A program made the translations under genes and the position numbers. Shown piece after piece: positions 26,980 through 36,531 of a DNA stretch of 59,060 bases. The DNA lies in IMG/VR virus record IMGVR_UViG_3300045996_002405, positions 1 to 59,060 of that record; one strand, given 5' to 3'. The first letter of the stretch is position 1. Every line of letters starts with the position of its first letter. Origin of the DNA: a virus (Duplodnaviria; Caudoviricetes). The notes beneath the pieces are model-generated. The model was given only the letters and a program-made list of their open reading frames with translations. It searched no databases and was not told where the DNA came from.

Positions 26980-28461
26980 GTGTACGGCCATGAGAGGACG
27001 GACCAGGTGGACCAGCGCACCGATCAGCCGGACGACGATCTGCCACCGGCAGACGTCGTCGCCCAGCTCGGGTGGTCAGCGCGCCGGCAGCTCGGTCGGG
27101 AGATCACCGCTCGCCAGCGCGAGCGGACCAGGACGATCGCCGACGACGAGCGCCGGAAGCGCCGCGACAACGCCGAGACCGACAAGCGCAAACGCGCCGA
27201 CGACAAGCGCAAGCGCAGGCAGGACGCCCGCAACGCAGCCGAAGCGGGCACCGACGGGGGGTCGCTGATCGCGCGACACCGCGCCCTCGCGATCACCGTG
27301 CTCACGATCGCCCTGTCGCTGTCGACGGCGATCCCCTCCCAGATCAAGTGGCTCAACGCCGCCCCGAGGAACCTGGGCCTGGCCGCGTGGACCCTCGGCC
27401 TGCTCGTCGAGCTGCTGGGGTGGCTCGGGGCGTTCCTGTACCTCGACGCCGTCAAGCGCGGGAAGTCGGAGCAGGGACGCGTCTACCGACTGACGACGTG
27501 GTTCTTCGCAGCCGTCGCCGCGCTGATGAACTTCGCGCACGGATTCGAGACGTCGTGGATCGTCGGCGTCGGGCTCGCGATCGCCTCCCTGATGGGTGTC
27601 GGCGCGTTTGAGCTGTACATGCACAAGAAACGGAACCTGAAAATCGGTCTCAGTCCCGCTGAAATGCGGGTGATCTGGCTGCGCCAGGTGAGGTTCCGCA
27701 AGGTGGTTCGTGAGCAGAACCGGCTCCGCGCCGTGTACGGAGCAGGCCCGACCGACGAGGTGCTGTGGCGCATGGCGTGGCTGCGCAAGGAAGGCACGCC
27801 GACCGTTCCGGTGCCGCTCGCTTCGCCGGTGATCACGGCGTTCTTTGCCAGCGCGACGAGCGACGCGAACACCGCGAACACGAAGTCCGGACAATCGTCG
27901 GACGTCGCTCCGGTCGACCTGCACGCCGAGCCGAGTTCGTCGACGGCCGTCGACGGCGGTTCGCTGGCCGTGGCCGAGCGCGAACAGGGCGACCACGACG
28001 GCGAACAGGTCATCGAACTCGCGATCGACTGGAGCCAGGTGAACGACCTCGGATCCCTCGTCGAGCGCTACTGGCCCGAGGTCACCGGAGCCCCCGGCGA
28101 ACCTCCGGCGAACAGCGACCAGGCGCACGCGAACGGCGACCCGGAGCAGACCGACATCCTGCCCGTGATCGGCGCGAACGACGCGAACACTGACGCGAAC
28201 ACCGACGGCGAACAGACGCCCGACCCGTACGCCGCGATCCCGGCGGACCAGGACGAGACGGTCGCCGCGGCGACCCGACTCCGCCGCTACTTCGCCCGGG
28301 TGCACGAACTCGGCGTGCCCGCCGACCACATCGCGCCGCGGCGGGGCGAACTGGCTTGCGGAACCTCCCTGCGGTACGCGCAGATCGCGTACCGCACCTG
28401 GTACCACGAACTCACCGCGAACAGCCCTGCGAAAACCGGACACGAACAGGTCGAGTCGTGA
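26980..28461 (+). CDS. Spd-like (DUF2637-type) plasmid-spread membrane protein
   Basis: Charged coiled coil, about 4 TM helices (...AALMNFAHG...), low-complexity linker and C-terminal helical domain; first gene of the operon ending in traB. Confidence 0.6.
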   Translation: MYGHERTDQVDQRTDQPDDDLPPADVVAQLGWSARRQLGREITARQRERTRTIADDERRKRRDNAETDKRKRADDKRKRRQDARNAAEAGTDGGSLIARHRALAITVLTIALSLSTAIPSQIKWLNAAPRNLGLAAWTLGLLVELLGWLGAFLYLDAVKRGKSEQGRVYRLTTWFFAAVAALMNFAHGFETSWIVGVGLAIASLMGVGAFELYMHKKRNLKIGLSPAEMRVIWLRQVRFRKVVREQNRLRAVYGAGPTDEVLWRMAWLRKEGTPTVPVPLASPVITAFFASATSDANTANTKSGQSSDVAPVDLHAEPSSSTAVDGGSLAVAEREQGDHDGEQVIELAIDWSQVNDLGSLVERYWPEVTGAPGEPPANSDQAHANGDPEQTDILPVIGANDANTDANTDGEQTPDPYAAIPADQDETVAAATRLRRYFARVHELGVPADHIAPRRGELACGTSLRYAQIAYRTWYHELTANSPAKTGHEQVES

Positions 28462-28531
28462 CCCGCTGAATGCACAAGTGACCGAATAGCTCGACGATCT
28501 GGCGAACACCGTTCGCGCGGTGTTCGCCAGA
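27864..28531 (+). repeat. Co-oriented GCGAAC repeat array ending in a 14-bp inverted repeat
   Basis: About a dozen GCGAAC copies in the 3' part of the CDS; TCTGGCGAACACCG-TTCGCG-CGGTGTTCGCCAGA at 28498-28531. Confidence 0.65.
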
Positions 28532-28615
28532 TGTGGCCGAGGTCGAGGTTTGCGCCCGGAAGAACACGCCGGACGCATTCCGGGGCTCGGACCCCACCAC
28601 CAGGAAAGAAGGATC

Positions 28616-30160
28616 ATGAGCGACACCACAGAGGAGAAGACACCAACCACCGACGCCCCTGCCGAAACCCCCGCCGAGACAACCCCGCAAACCAGCACCG
28701 ACCCCGCTGTTGTGACGACCCCGGACACGAACGCGACCGAGGTCAAGAATTCCACTCCCGCACCCGAGATCCCCGAGACCGGGGTTTCGTCGCTCGCCGT
28801 GGCCGGATCCACCGTCGGCGCTCTCGGAGTGTTCGGCGCGACCGCGCTCGGCGCTGCGACCGGCCCGCTCGGACTCGCGATCGGCGCCGGTGTCGTGGTC
28901 GCCGGTGTCGGGGCGGGGATGCTGCGAGCGCGTCGAGCCGCCACCGACGGCCACCGCGCACGTGGTGAGGGGCGACGCGGCAGGACCAGGACGGGACGCG
29001 GGTCGGGCTCGCGACGTCGAGCACGGGTGACCGGGGTCGGCGGCACCGGCAAGCGCGCCTCAGCGCTCCGCAGGGCCGCATCGGCACGCAGGGGTGCAGC
29101 GGGGGCCGCGAAGCGGTCTGCGGGCCGTACGGGGGCCACGAAGCGTCCGCTCGGCGCGACGCCGAAACGGCACGTCGGCACCCGGACCCCGACGCGCGGC
29201 AAGTCGCTCGCGCAGACCCTCGGCCGCAGTCCGGCCGCGCGCAAGAGCACCGGACGCGCACCCGGACGCGGCGGAAAGTCGCTGCTCAGCGGCGGTAAGA
29301 GCGGTTCCGGTAGCCGTCGCAAGAACACCAGCGGCCCGAAGAACAACCGCAGCAAGAGCGGCAAGGGCAGCAGCAAGGGCACCGGCGGACGGATCCGGTC
29401 GCTGCTCGGCGGGTCCAACGGTCCTGGTCGCACGAAGCGGTCCAAGGGCAAGGACCACCGGTCGAAGGGCAAGGGCTCCGGCTCCGGCCGCAAGGACAAG
29501 CGGTCGAAGAGCAGGCGCACCCCGCGCCGCTGGTGGCGCTGGATCGCCGGGATCGGCAAGTACTCCGGCGGTCAGCTGCGCCGGGTCGGCTGGTGGCTGT
29601 GGGGACCGAAGAGCAAGCCGGCCCCGAAACCCCTCATCGCCGAGGACAGCGCGCCGGCCGAACCCGCGAAGAAGCCGAAGAAGCCGAAGGGCGCACCCCG
29701 CGTCGACCCCGACGGCGAGACGCCCCGCAAGCGCCCCACCAGCAGCAACCCGCCACGCGGCATCAGCACAGCAGGAGGATCGGACATGGCGAACATCAAA
29801 GACGACTTTTTCGCAGGATCGCGCGACGCCCTGCAGGCCGACTTCGCGCGACTGCGCAACGTCTTCCAGGACGTCGACCGGGGCGGGTGGAGCGACACGA
29901 AGGACGCGATGCGCAGCTTGGCGGCCCTGTTCGAGCAGCTCGGGCTGTCCGGCCGCGTGTTCGCCGACGACAACGACGAGCGCGGCGGCTACGTCGGCGG
30001 GTTCGCCGAGGTCGTGCGCGAGCTGTCGGGACACTCGCTCGGCATCGGGGACCGCTGCCACGAAGCGCTCGACGTCGTGCGCACCGGGCAGAAGGAACTC
30101 GTCGAGTACGCGGAGGACGGCCGCGGCGGCCGCTTCGACCAGAGCACGAACAACGACTGA
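28616..30160 (+). CDS. Transfer-region protein (TM segment, very basic R/K/G/S linker, helical C-terminal domain)
   Basis: RBS GAAGGA before ATG 28616; in-frame internal RBS GGAGGA plus ATG at 29786. Confidence 0.65.
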   Translation: MSDTTEEKTPTTDAPAETPAETTPQTSTDPAVVTTPDTNATEVKNSTPAPEIPETGVSSLAVAGSTVGALGVFGATALGAATGPLGLAIGAGVVVAGVGAGMLRARRAATDGHRARGEGRRGRTRTGRGSGSRRRARVTGVGGTGKRASALRRAASARRGAAGAAKRSAGRTGATKRPLGATPKRHVGTRTPTRGKSLAQTLGRSPAARKSTGRAPGRGGKSLLSGGKSGSGSRRKNTSGPKNNRSKSGKGSSKGTGGRIRSLLGGSNGPGRTKRSKGKDHRSKGKGSGSGRKDKRSKSRRTPRRWWRWIAGIGKYSGGQLRRVGWWLWGPKSKPAPKPLIAEDSAPAEPAKKPKKPKGAPRVDPDGETPRKRPTSSNPPRGISTAGGSDMANIKDDFFAGSRDALQADFARLRNVFQDVDRGGWSDTKDAMRSLAALFEQLGLSGRVFADDNDERGGYVGGFAEVVRELSGHSLGIGDRCHEALDVVRTGQKELVEYAEDGRGGRFDQSTNND

Positions 30161-30208
30161 CCCCTGCACGACCTGCTGACTGACCCCACCACCAGGGAGA
30201 ACACGCCC

Positions 30209-32560
30209 ATGAGCACCACCCAGCAGGGGAGGTCGTCCCCCCGGTCGCTGCTCGCGACCATGTCGACCACGAAGTTCCGGCACGGCAGCTGGTTCACACC
30301 GGTGCTGGTGTCGATCTGGCTCTACGTCGCGGCCTGTCTGCTCGTGCAGATCGAGCCGATCACCGCGCAGCCCTGGCTCTACGTCGGCGTGCCGGCGGGG
30401 CTCGCGGTGCTGATCGGGCCGTTCGCGACGTTCGTGCACGTCCAGGCCGAGCCCGACACCACCTGGCGGACCGCGACCCGAGCCGGTCAGTACGCACTGC
30501 TCGTCGCCGCAGCGGCCGGCGGGTGGCTGCTGTACTCGATCCTCACCACCCCCCCCGCCGCCTTCCCCGCGTCCGGCCTGTGGGCGCTGGTGTGCGCGAC
30601 GATCGTCGTCGGCCCCTGGTACGGCCTGCTGCGGCGCGCGAAGCGCACGCTCGTGCAGCAGGCGCACGAACAGCGCGTCGAGGCCGTGCGCGTCGAGCAG
30701 CAGCGCCGCGCGATGGAGTACCAGTCCGATTGGACGGCGATCCTCGCGGCCGCCGGGTATCCGGGGATGACGGTGATCGACAAGCTGGGCACGCGCTCGG
30801 GCTACCGGTTGACCATGACGCTGAACCCCGAGCGGAACCAGACCTATGACCAGCTCAAACAGGCCGAGAAGTCGATTGCGACCGCGGCGTCGCACCGTCT
30901 GCGCCACCAGGGCGTGAGGATCGGCACCAGGGCGATCCGGGTTGAGGAGTGCCCCGACGCCGACACGGTCATGATCCACGTCCGCACGACCGACGTGCTC
31001 ACGGTGACCATGTCGGTCCCCGACGTCGGCAAGCCGCTCGACGTCGCCGACGGACTGGAAATCGGCCTGTACGAGGACGGGCAACCGATCATCATGCCCG
31101 TGGTCGGCGTGCACACCGAGGTCGTCGGCATGTCCGGATCCGGAAAGTCCGGACTCGCGCGGACCATCTTCACGCGGCTGTCGCAGTGCTGGAACGCCGT
31201 GATCTGGTGCGGCGCCAGCTCGAAGCTCTTCCCACTGGTCGGCCCGTGGTGCGACGCCTGGTGGTCCAACCCGCGCACCGCCGACAACCCTGACGGCATC
31301 GGCGGATCGATCTTCGACTGGATCGCAGGTCAGAGCCCCGACGAGGTCCGGCAGATGCTCGCGTCCGCGTACGAGCTGATCGACCTGCGCTCGAAGATCA
31401 AGCGCGTCGGCGACAACCTGGAGCCGACAGCGGAGAACCCGCTGGTCTTCGTCGCGCTCGAAGAGTCGATGACGATCCTCGTCGACCGGACGAAGATCCT
31501 CTGTCACGACGGCGTGATGCGGACCGCGTCCGAGCTGGTGCGGCTGATCACGCAGCTGGGCCGGTCCGAACTGGTCCACCTGTGCCGCTTCGACCAGTAC
31601 GGCCTGATGGACAGCGCCGGTGCCGAGGGCAACAAGATCCGACGCAACACGCGCAACCGCATCTGCTTGAAGACGATGTCGAGCAGCGACAGCACCGCCG
31701 TGCTCGGCAGCAGCGCTCCGGACACCACGAAGCTGACCAACAATTGCATGTATGTGTCGCTCGGTGAGGAAGTCGTACGACCGGTTCTCGGCAAGGCGTA
31801 CTTCTCCGAAGCGGATCCGGAGAAGGCCCGGAAGTTGGGAATCCTGTCCGTAGCGGAAATTGCAGCAGCGCATGACGAATTCCGTTTCGAGCTGTCCCCG
31901 AAGTGGACGCGTCGTCTCGGGCGTCGCTACCAGGATCGCTGGACCAAGCCGAGGATCGCGGAACTGCTGCAGTACAAGCGCGGCGAGATCGACGGCGACG
32001 AGGAAACCGAGGGCGCACGCGTCGCGGTGATGACAGCTCCCGAGCCGGACACCCATCGTGAGGAGAACCCCACCGTGAACGAATCGCAGCCTCGACCTGA
32101 CAGTGAGAACGCGTTCGGGGCACCGCCGAACCTGGCCGACGCCATGCGCCGGGGAATGCAGAAGAAGCAGAAGCCCCCGACGAAGCCGGACAGCGACAAG
32201 CCGTCGACCGGCGATGCCGGATCGGTCGACTGGGACACCGAACTGCGGAAGCTGCTCGGCGCGGACCCGGTGGAACAGGCCGCGCCGAGCCTGATCAACC
32301 GGCTGACCGGACTGATGCTCGCCGGCGAATTCGGCACGATCGACGATTCGACGTTCATCGAGCAGGGCCGCGCGGCGGAGTTGTTGGGCTATCCCACCGT
32401 CGCGGCCCTGGTGCGGGAGATGGCCGCGGCTCCGATCAACCTGTCGGTCCAGCGCGCCGCCGAGACCAAGATCCCGAGCAGGCCCCGCGGCTGGTGGGCA
32501 ACCGACGTGTTCAACGCCGCGGCCCGGATCGACCAGGAGGGCGTCGACGGGCAGGAGTAA
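30209..32560 (+). CDS. traB: TraB/FtsK-SpoIIIE-type DNA translocase
   Basis: Four N-terminal TM helices; Walker A GMSGSGKS; Walker B FVALEE; LGRSE.V Arg-finger-like motif; C-terminal wHTH-like tail. Confidence 0.75.
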   Translation: MSTTQQGRSSPRSLLATMSTTKFRHGSWFTPVLVSIWLYVAACLLVQIEPITAQPWLYVGVPAGLAVLIGPFATFVHVQAEPDTTWRTATRAGQYALLVAAAAGGWLLYSILTTPPAAFPASGLWALVCATIVVGPWYGLLRRAKRTLVQQAHEQRVEAVRVEQQRRAMEYQSDWTAILAAAGYPGMTVIDKLGTRSGYRLTMTLNPERNQTYDQLKQAEKSIATAASHRLRHQGVRIGTRAIRVEECPDADTVMIHVRTTDVLTVTMSVPDVGKPLDVADGLEIGLYEDGQPIIMPVVGVHTEVVGMSGSGKSGLARTIFTRLSQCWNAVIWCGASSKLFPLVGPWCDAWWSNPRTADNPDGIGGSIFDWIAGQSPDEVRQMLASAYELIDLRSKIKRVGDNLEPTAENPLVFVALEESMTILVDRTKILCHDGVMRTASELVRLITQLGRSELVHLCRFDQYGLMDSAGAEGNKIRRNTRNRICLKTMSSSDSTAVLGSSAPDTTKLTNNCMYVSLGEEVVRPVLGKAYFSEADPEKARKLGILSVAEIAAAHDEFRFELSPKWTRRLGRRYQDRWTKPRIAELLQYKRGEIDGDEETEGARVAVMTAPEPDTHREENPTVNESQPRPDSENAFGAPPNLADAMRRGMQKKQKPPTKPDSDKPSTGDAGSVDWDTELRKLLGADPVEQAAPSLINRLTGLMLAGEFGTIDDSTFIEQGRAAELLGYPTVAALVREMAAAPINLSVQRAAETKIPSRPRGWWATDVFNAAARIDQEGVDGQE

Positions 32561-32581
32561 CTCGGTACCGTCACTCTCCGG

Positions 32582-32613
32582 CGACGCCCCTCGGTCACGA
32601 TCGGGGGGCGTCG
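32582..32613 (+). terminator. Hairpin after traB
   Basis: CGACGCCCCTCGGTC-AC-GATCGGGGGGCGTCG. Confidence 0.65.
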
Positions 32614-32629
32614 TGCTGTCCGGGGCGCG

Positions 32630-32870
32630 ACGGTCCACGTGGACCGGTCCACGGTCCGCGTGGCGGTCCTCACCCGCTGTGGACCGGTCCGCGGACCGCG
32701 CCGAGGACCATGGACCGCCACCCGTGGACCTGGGGTCTGACCAGCACGGACGTCCTGGTCCACGGTAGCGGTCCACGCGCCGGACAGGCCCGCCGCAGGC
32801 CCTGCGGACCCCGGATCGGCGGCAGAGGAGGGGTGTGTGCGGCGGTGTGCTCCGGGCGTGGACCGGACCA
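32630..32870. repeat. Non-coding GTGGACCG/CGGTCCAC repeat array (clt-like)
   Basis: 16 GGWCC cores counted in about 240 bp, in both orientations, between traB and the ParB-like gene. Confidence 0.7.
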
Positions 32871-32968
32871 CACAGACCTACTCCACACGGCGCACCCGGT
32901 TGACGACTGTGCGTGAGGCTTTGCGTCGTTCGTCACCACCACTGGATCACGGTGTAACACTCTGAGTC

Positions 32969-33574
32969 ATGACGCCGCCGCGCCCCCTGCAGATGACGCA
33001 CAAGATCGTCCCGATCGACGAGGTCACCGCGTTCCCCGGCAACGCCCGGCTCGGCGACCAAGCCGGCATCGGCGAGTCGCTCGATGCGCACGGGCAGTTC
33101 GACCCGCTGATCGTGCAGGCGAGCACCGGTCACATCATCGCCGGGAACAACACCTGGGCCGCGATGAAACAACAGGGCGCGACCGAGGTCGCGATCTCGC
33201 TCGTCGACGTCGACGACGACACCGCGCGGAAGATGAACCTCGTACACAACCGGCTCAACGACAAAGCGCGGTACGACGACCGGCTGCTGCTGGAAATGCT
33301 CGCCGACCTCGACGACCTCGACGGCACCGGCTACGACGCCGACGACATCGACGCCCTCGAAGAATCGTTGCGCACCGCCGACCTAGACGAGCTGGCCGAC
33401 GAGATCGGCGACCCCGGACGCGACGACGGCTGGCCCTCGATCAACGTCCGGGTGCCGCACGTGGTCATGGCCGCCTGGAAATCACACGTCGACACCCACA
33501 GCGGCGACGACGCACAGGCAATGGCCGGACTGCTGGGAATCGATTGGGACCAGGTAGATTCGGCCGATCGATGA
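32969..33574 (+). CDS. ParB/Srx N-terminal domain protein
   Basis: VPIDEV...PGNAR......IGESL..HGQFDPLIV.....IIAGN..W.A motif; heads the deazaguanine cluster. Confidence 0.85.
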   Translation: MTPPRPLQMTHKIVPIDEVTAFPGNARLGDQAGIGESLDAHGQFDPLIVQASTGHIIAGNNTWAAMKQQGATEVAISLVDVDDDTARKMNLVHNRLNDKARYDDRLLLEMLADLDDLDGTGYDADDIDALEESLRTADLDELADEIGDPGRDDGWPSINVRVPHVVMAAWKSHVDTHSGDDAQAMAGLLGIDWDQVDSADR

Positions 33575-34512
33575 CGACCCGCATCGACACACCGGTCGAC
33601 ACCCTCGTCTCGTACCACTACTTCCGGCGCGACGAGGTGATGCGAGCCCTCACCGGCACGAAGAAACTCCGGCTGATCGCGGACTCGGGCGCGTTCTCCG
33701 CGTTCAGCCAGGGCGCGGAAATCGCCCTGGACGAGTACGCCCAGTGGTGCCGCACCTGGTCGGACCACCTGTGCTGGACCGCGAGCTTGGACGTGTTCGG
33801 CAACCCGCGCGCCAGCTATGCGAACTGGCGGACCCTGCTCGACGAGCACGGCCTGCGCACCGTCCCGACGATCCACATCGGCACCGACCCGACTTGGCTC
33901 GACACCTACGCCGACGCCGGCGTGGACTTCGTCGGGCTCGGAGGCATGGTCGGCCGCGGAACCGGGGTGATCCGCTGGGTCGTGCACGTGCTGCGCTACG
34001 CACGCGACCGGCACCCCGCGATGCGGTTCCACGGGTGGGGCGTCACCGCGCCGACCATGCTCGACCGCGTCCCGCTCTACAGCGCCGACAGCAGCGGCCT
34101 GGTCAACCAGGCGTGCCGCTTCGGGTCGCTGCGGCTCTACGACCCGCGCACCCGCACGCACCGGACGTTCCGCCTCGACGGCCGCACCCCGCACCAGCAC
34201 CGGCGCCTGCTGTCCGAGGTCTACGGCGTCTCGGCCGCGCAGGTCGCCACCAGCCACGCGAGCAACCGCGCCCAGATCATCCAGCTGTGCGCCGCGGCGA
34301 CCCAGCTCTACGCGGCCGACCTGCAGCGGCGGCACCGCGTCACCGCGCCGTCGTGGGGCATCAACCACGCCGCGCCCTCGATGCCGGGCGACGCACTCAC
34401 CGGTCCCCGCGTCCACATGGTGTCCGCGCAGCCGAAGGACTTCCCACGGCTGCTCGGGCTCGACCCGCACCAGCTCCTCCCGACCCCTACTCGAAGGACG
34501 GCCCAACGGTGA
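33571..34512 (+). CDS. dpdA: DpdA/TGT-like DNA deazaguanine transglycosylase
   Basis: TGT-barrel motifs LIADSGAFS, SLDVFG, VPTIH, VGLGGMV, FHGWG, SADSS; coupled to queC. Confidence 0.75.
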   Translation: MTTRIDTPVDTLVSYHYFRRDEVMRALTGTKKLRLIADSGAFSAFSQGAEIALDEYAQWCRTWSDHLCWTASLDVFGNPRASYANWRTLLDEHGLRTVPTIHIGTDPTWLDTYADAGVDFVGLGGMVGRGTGVIRWVVHVLRYARDRHPAMRFHGWGVTAPTMLDRVPLYSADSSGLVNQACRFGSLRLYDPRTRTHRTFRLDGRTPHQHRRLLSEVYGVSAAQVATSHASNRAQIIQLCAAATQLYAADLQRRHRVTAPSWGINHAAPSMPGDALTGPRVHMVSAQPKDFPRLLGLDPHQLLPTPTRRTAQR

Positions 34513-35243
34513 CCCACCAACCCCCGCCGCTCGACGGCGACCGCTCGTACCTCGTCCTGCTCTCCGGCGGACTCGACTCGACCGTGCTCACGACCGACCT
34601 GCTCGTCTCCGGCGCGACCGTGCAGGCCGTGTCGATCCACTACGGCCAGCGGCACGAGCGCGAACTGATCGCCGCGGCGGCCGTCGCGGCGCACCTGCAG
34701 GTGCCCTACTCGCCGATCGAGCTGCTGGCGCTCGGCTCCCACCTGACCTCGTCGCTCACCGGCGCCGCACCGGTGCCCCACGGCCACTACGCCGACGCGA
34801 ACATGTCCAGCACGGTCGTCCCCAACCGCAACGCGATCATGCTCATGGTCGCCGCCGGGATCGCCGCGGCGCGCGGCCTCGACGCCGTGGTCACCGCCGT
34901 GCACGCCGGTGACCACCCGGTGTACCCCGACTGCCGGCCCGAGTTCGTCGCGGCCGCGAACACCGCGGCGCTGCTGGGCACCGGCGGGCAGGTGGAAATC
35001 CACGCGCCGTACGCCCGGATCACCAAGGAGCAGATCGTGCAGCGCGGCGCGCGCGTCGTCGCACCGTTCGCGCTGACGTGGTCCTGCTACCAGGGTGGTG
35101 ACACCCACTGCGGACGGTGCGGCACGTGCGTTGAGCGCGCCGAGGCGTTCGCGGCCGCCGGCGTGCAGGACCCCACGACCTACCTTGACCCGGACTTCTG
35201 GCGCACCGCCACCGAGCGCCAGGCCGCCGAGGTGACCTCATGA
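34509..35243 (+). CDS. queC: 7-cyano-7-deazaguanine synthase
   Basis: LLSGGLDST, YGQRH..E, VPNRN, YPDCRPEF, TWSCY...HCGRCGTCVER. Confidence 0.97.
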   Translation: MTHQPPPLDGDRSYLVLLSGGLDSTVLTTDLLVSGATVQAVSIHYGQRHERELIAAAAVAAHLQVPYSPIELLALGSHLTSSLTGAAPVPHGHYADANMSSTVVPNRNAIMLMVAAGIAAARGLDAVVTAVHAGDHPVYPDCRPEFVAAANTAALLGTGGQVEIHAPYARITKEQIVQRGARVVAPFALTWSCYQGGDTHCGRCGTCVERAEAFAAAGVQDPTTYLDPDFWRTATERQAAEVTS

Positions 35244-35731
35244 CGCGCGGCTTCCCGCACGGCGCGGCCCCGGGCCCGATCCCCGGCGGGTGCGCTGTCA
35301 CCGTGCGGCACAACTTCGAGGCCGCGCACCGGCTGCCCGCGCTCGGCGGCAAGTGCGTCTCGCTGCACGGCCACTCATGGTGGCTCGACGCGACCTTCGG
35401 CACGCCCGCCGACGACCCGTCGAACCCGCCGATCGACTTCGGGCAGGTCAAGAGCGCCGTGCGGCACTGGGTCGACAAGCACCTGGACCACGCGACGCTG
35501 ATTGGGGAATCCGACCCGCTGCTGCCCGCGCTCACCGCCGAGGGCTGCAAGGTCTACCGCTTCGGCCACGACTACCACGCCCGCGACCTGGCGTGGCCCA
35601 CGGTCGAAGCCGTCGCGGTGCTGGCATACCGCACTCTGCGCGTGATCGCCGCGACGCTGCACCCCGACCTGACCCTGCTGCGCGTGCGGGTGCAGGAAAC
35701 CCACACCAACGCCGTCGAGGTGCCGTCGTGA
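35240..35731 (+). CDS. queD: 6-carboxy-5,6,7,8-tetrahydropterin synthase
   Basis: FEAAHRL...KCVSLHGHS, IDFG.VK, LDH, PTVE, ET motifs. Confidence 0.95.
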   Translation: MTRGFPHGAAPGPIPGGCAVTVRHNFEAAHRLPALGGKCVSLHGHSWWLDATFGTPADDPSNPPIDFGQVKSAVRHWVDKHLDHATLIGESDPLLPALTAEGCKVYRFGHDYHARDLAWPTVEAVAVLAYRTLRVIAATLHPDLTLLRVRVQETHTNAVEVPS

Positions 35732-36531
35732 TGCGGCCGGTCGTCACCGGGCACGGCCTGGCTTGGCTGCGCGCCACCGACGCCGACGCCCGCGCGCTGC
35801 CCCCGCTGTCCGACCGGGCGACCCTGCCGCTCGCGGAGGTGTTCGGCCCGACCTGGCAGGGCGAGGGACCGCACACCGGCGTTCCGGCCCGGTTCGTCCG
35901 GCTCGGGCACTGCAACCTCTCGTGCGGCGCGGACGGCGGCACGATGCGGTGCGACACCCCGCAGACGTGGGACCACGACCGGTTCAACGTCGGCGCCGAG
36001 TGTCCGGACACCACGACGCGGGAGATCGTCGAGCGCGCTGCGGCGATCCCGGCAGCGATCACCGTTCTGACCGGCGGTGAGCCGCTGCTGCACCACCGCA
36101 GACCCGCTTTCGCCGCGCTGCTGGCGCACCTGGCCACGCTCGGTCCCGTGCACGTCGAGACCAACGGCACGATCCCACCCGCCCCCGAGCACGACTACGT
36201 GATCGCGCACTACTCGGTCAGCCCGAAGCTGACCAACACCGGCGACCCTCACCGGCGCCGCATCCGCCGCGGCGCACTCGTCGATTTCAACGACCGGCGC
36301 TCGGCGATCTTCAAGTTCGTCTGTGCCAACACGGCCGACGTCGACGAGGTGCACGACCTCGTCACCGACTGCGGACTGGACCCCGACCGAGTGTGGATCA
36401 TGCCCGAGGGCATCACCGCCGACGACGTGCTGGCCACCCACCGACTCATCGCCGACGACGTGCTGCGTCTCGGCTACCGGACCACGACACGGCTGCACAC
36501 GCTGCTGTGGGGAAGCGAGCGCGGACGATGA
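35728..36531 (+). CDS. queE: 7-carboxy-7-deazaguanine synthase (radical SAM)
   Basis: EVFGPTWQGEG, FVRLGHCNLSC...CDT, LTGGEPLL, VETNGT, VSPKL. Confidence 0.95.
   Translation: MMRPVVTGHGLAWLRATDADARALPPLSDRATLPLAEVFGPTWQGEGPHTGVPARFVRLGHCNLSCGADGGTMRCDTPQTWDHDRFNVGAECPDTTTREIVERAAAIPAAITVLTGGEPLLHHRRPAFAALLAHLATLGPVHVETNGTIPPAPEHDYVIAHYSVSPKLTNTGDPHRRRIRRGALVDFNDRRSAIFKFVCANTADVDEVHDLVTDCGLDPDRVWIMPEGITADDVLATHRLIADDVLRLGYRTTTRLHTLLWGSERGR

Noticed and set aside
29060-32776. 1238-aa minus-strand ORF and other long antisense ORFs (3057-5534, 27076-29559, 45793-47994)
   Set aside because: These are shadow frames of real high-GC genes on the opposite strand, with R/G/A/P-rich composition and no motifs.
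32630-32870. CRISPR array or mini-array
   Set aside because: Repeats are only 5-10 bp, irregularly spaced and in both orientations; no cas genes are present.
32969-33574. ParABS partition system
   Set aside because: No ParA is evident, and ParB-N proteins commonly head DNA-modification clusters; kept only as an alternative for the nearby repeats.
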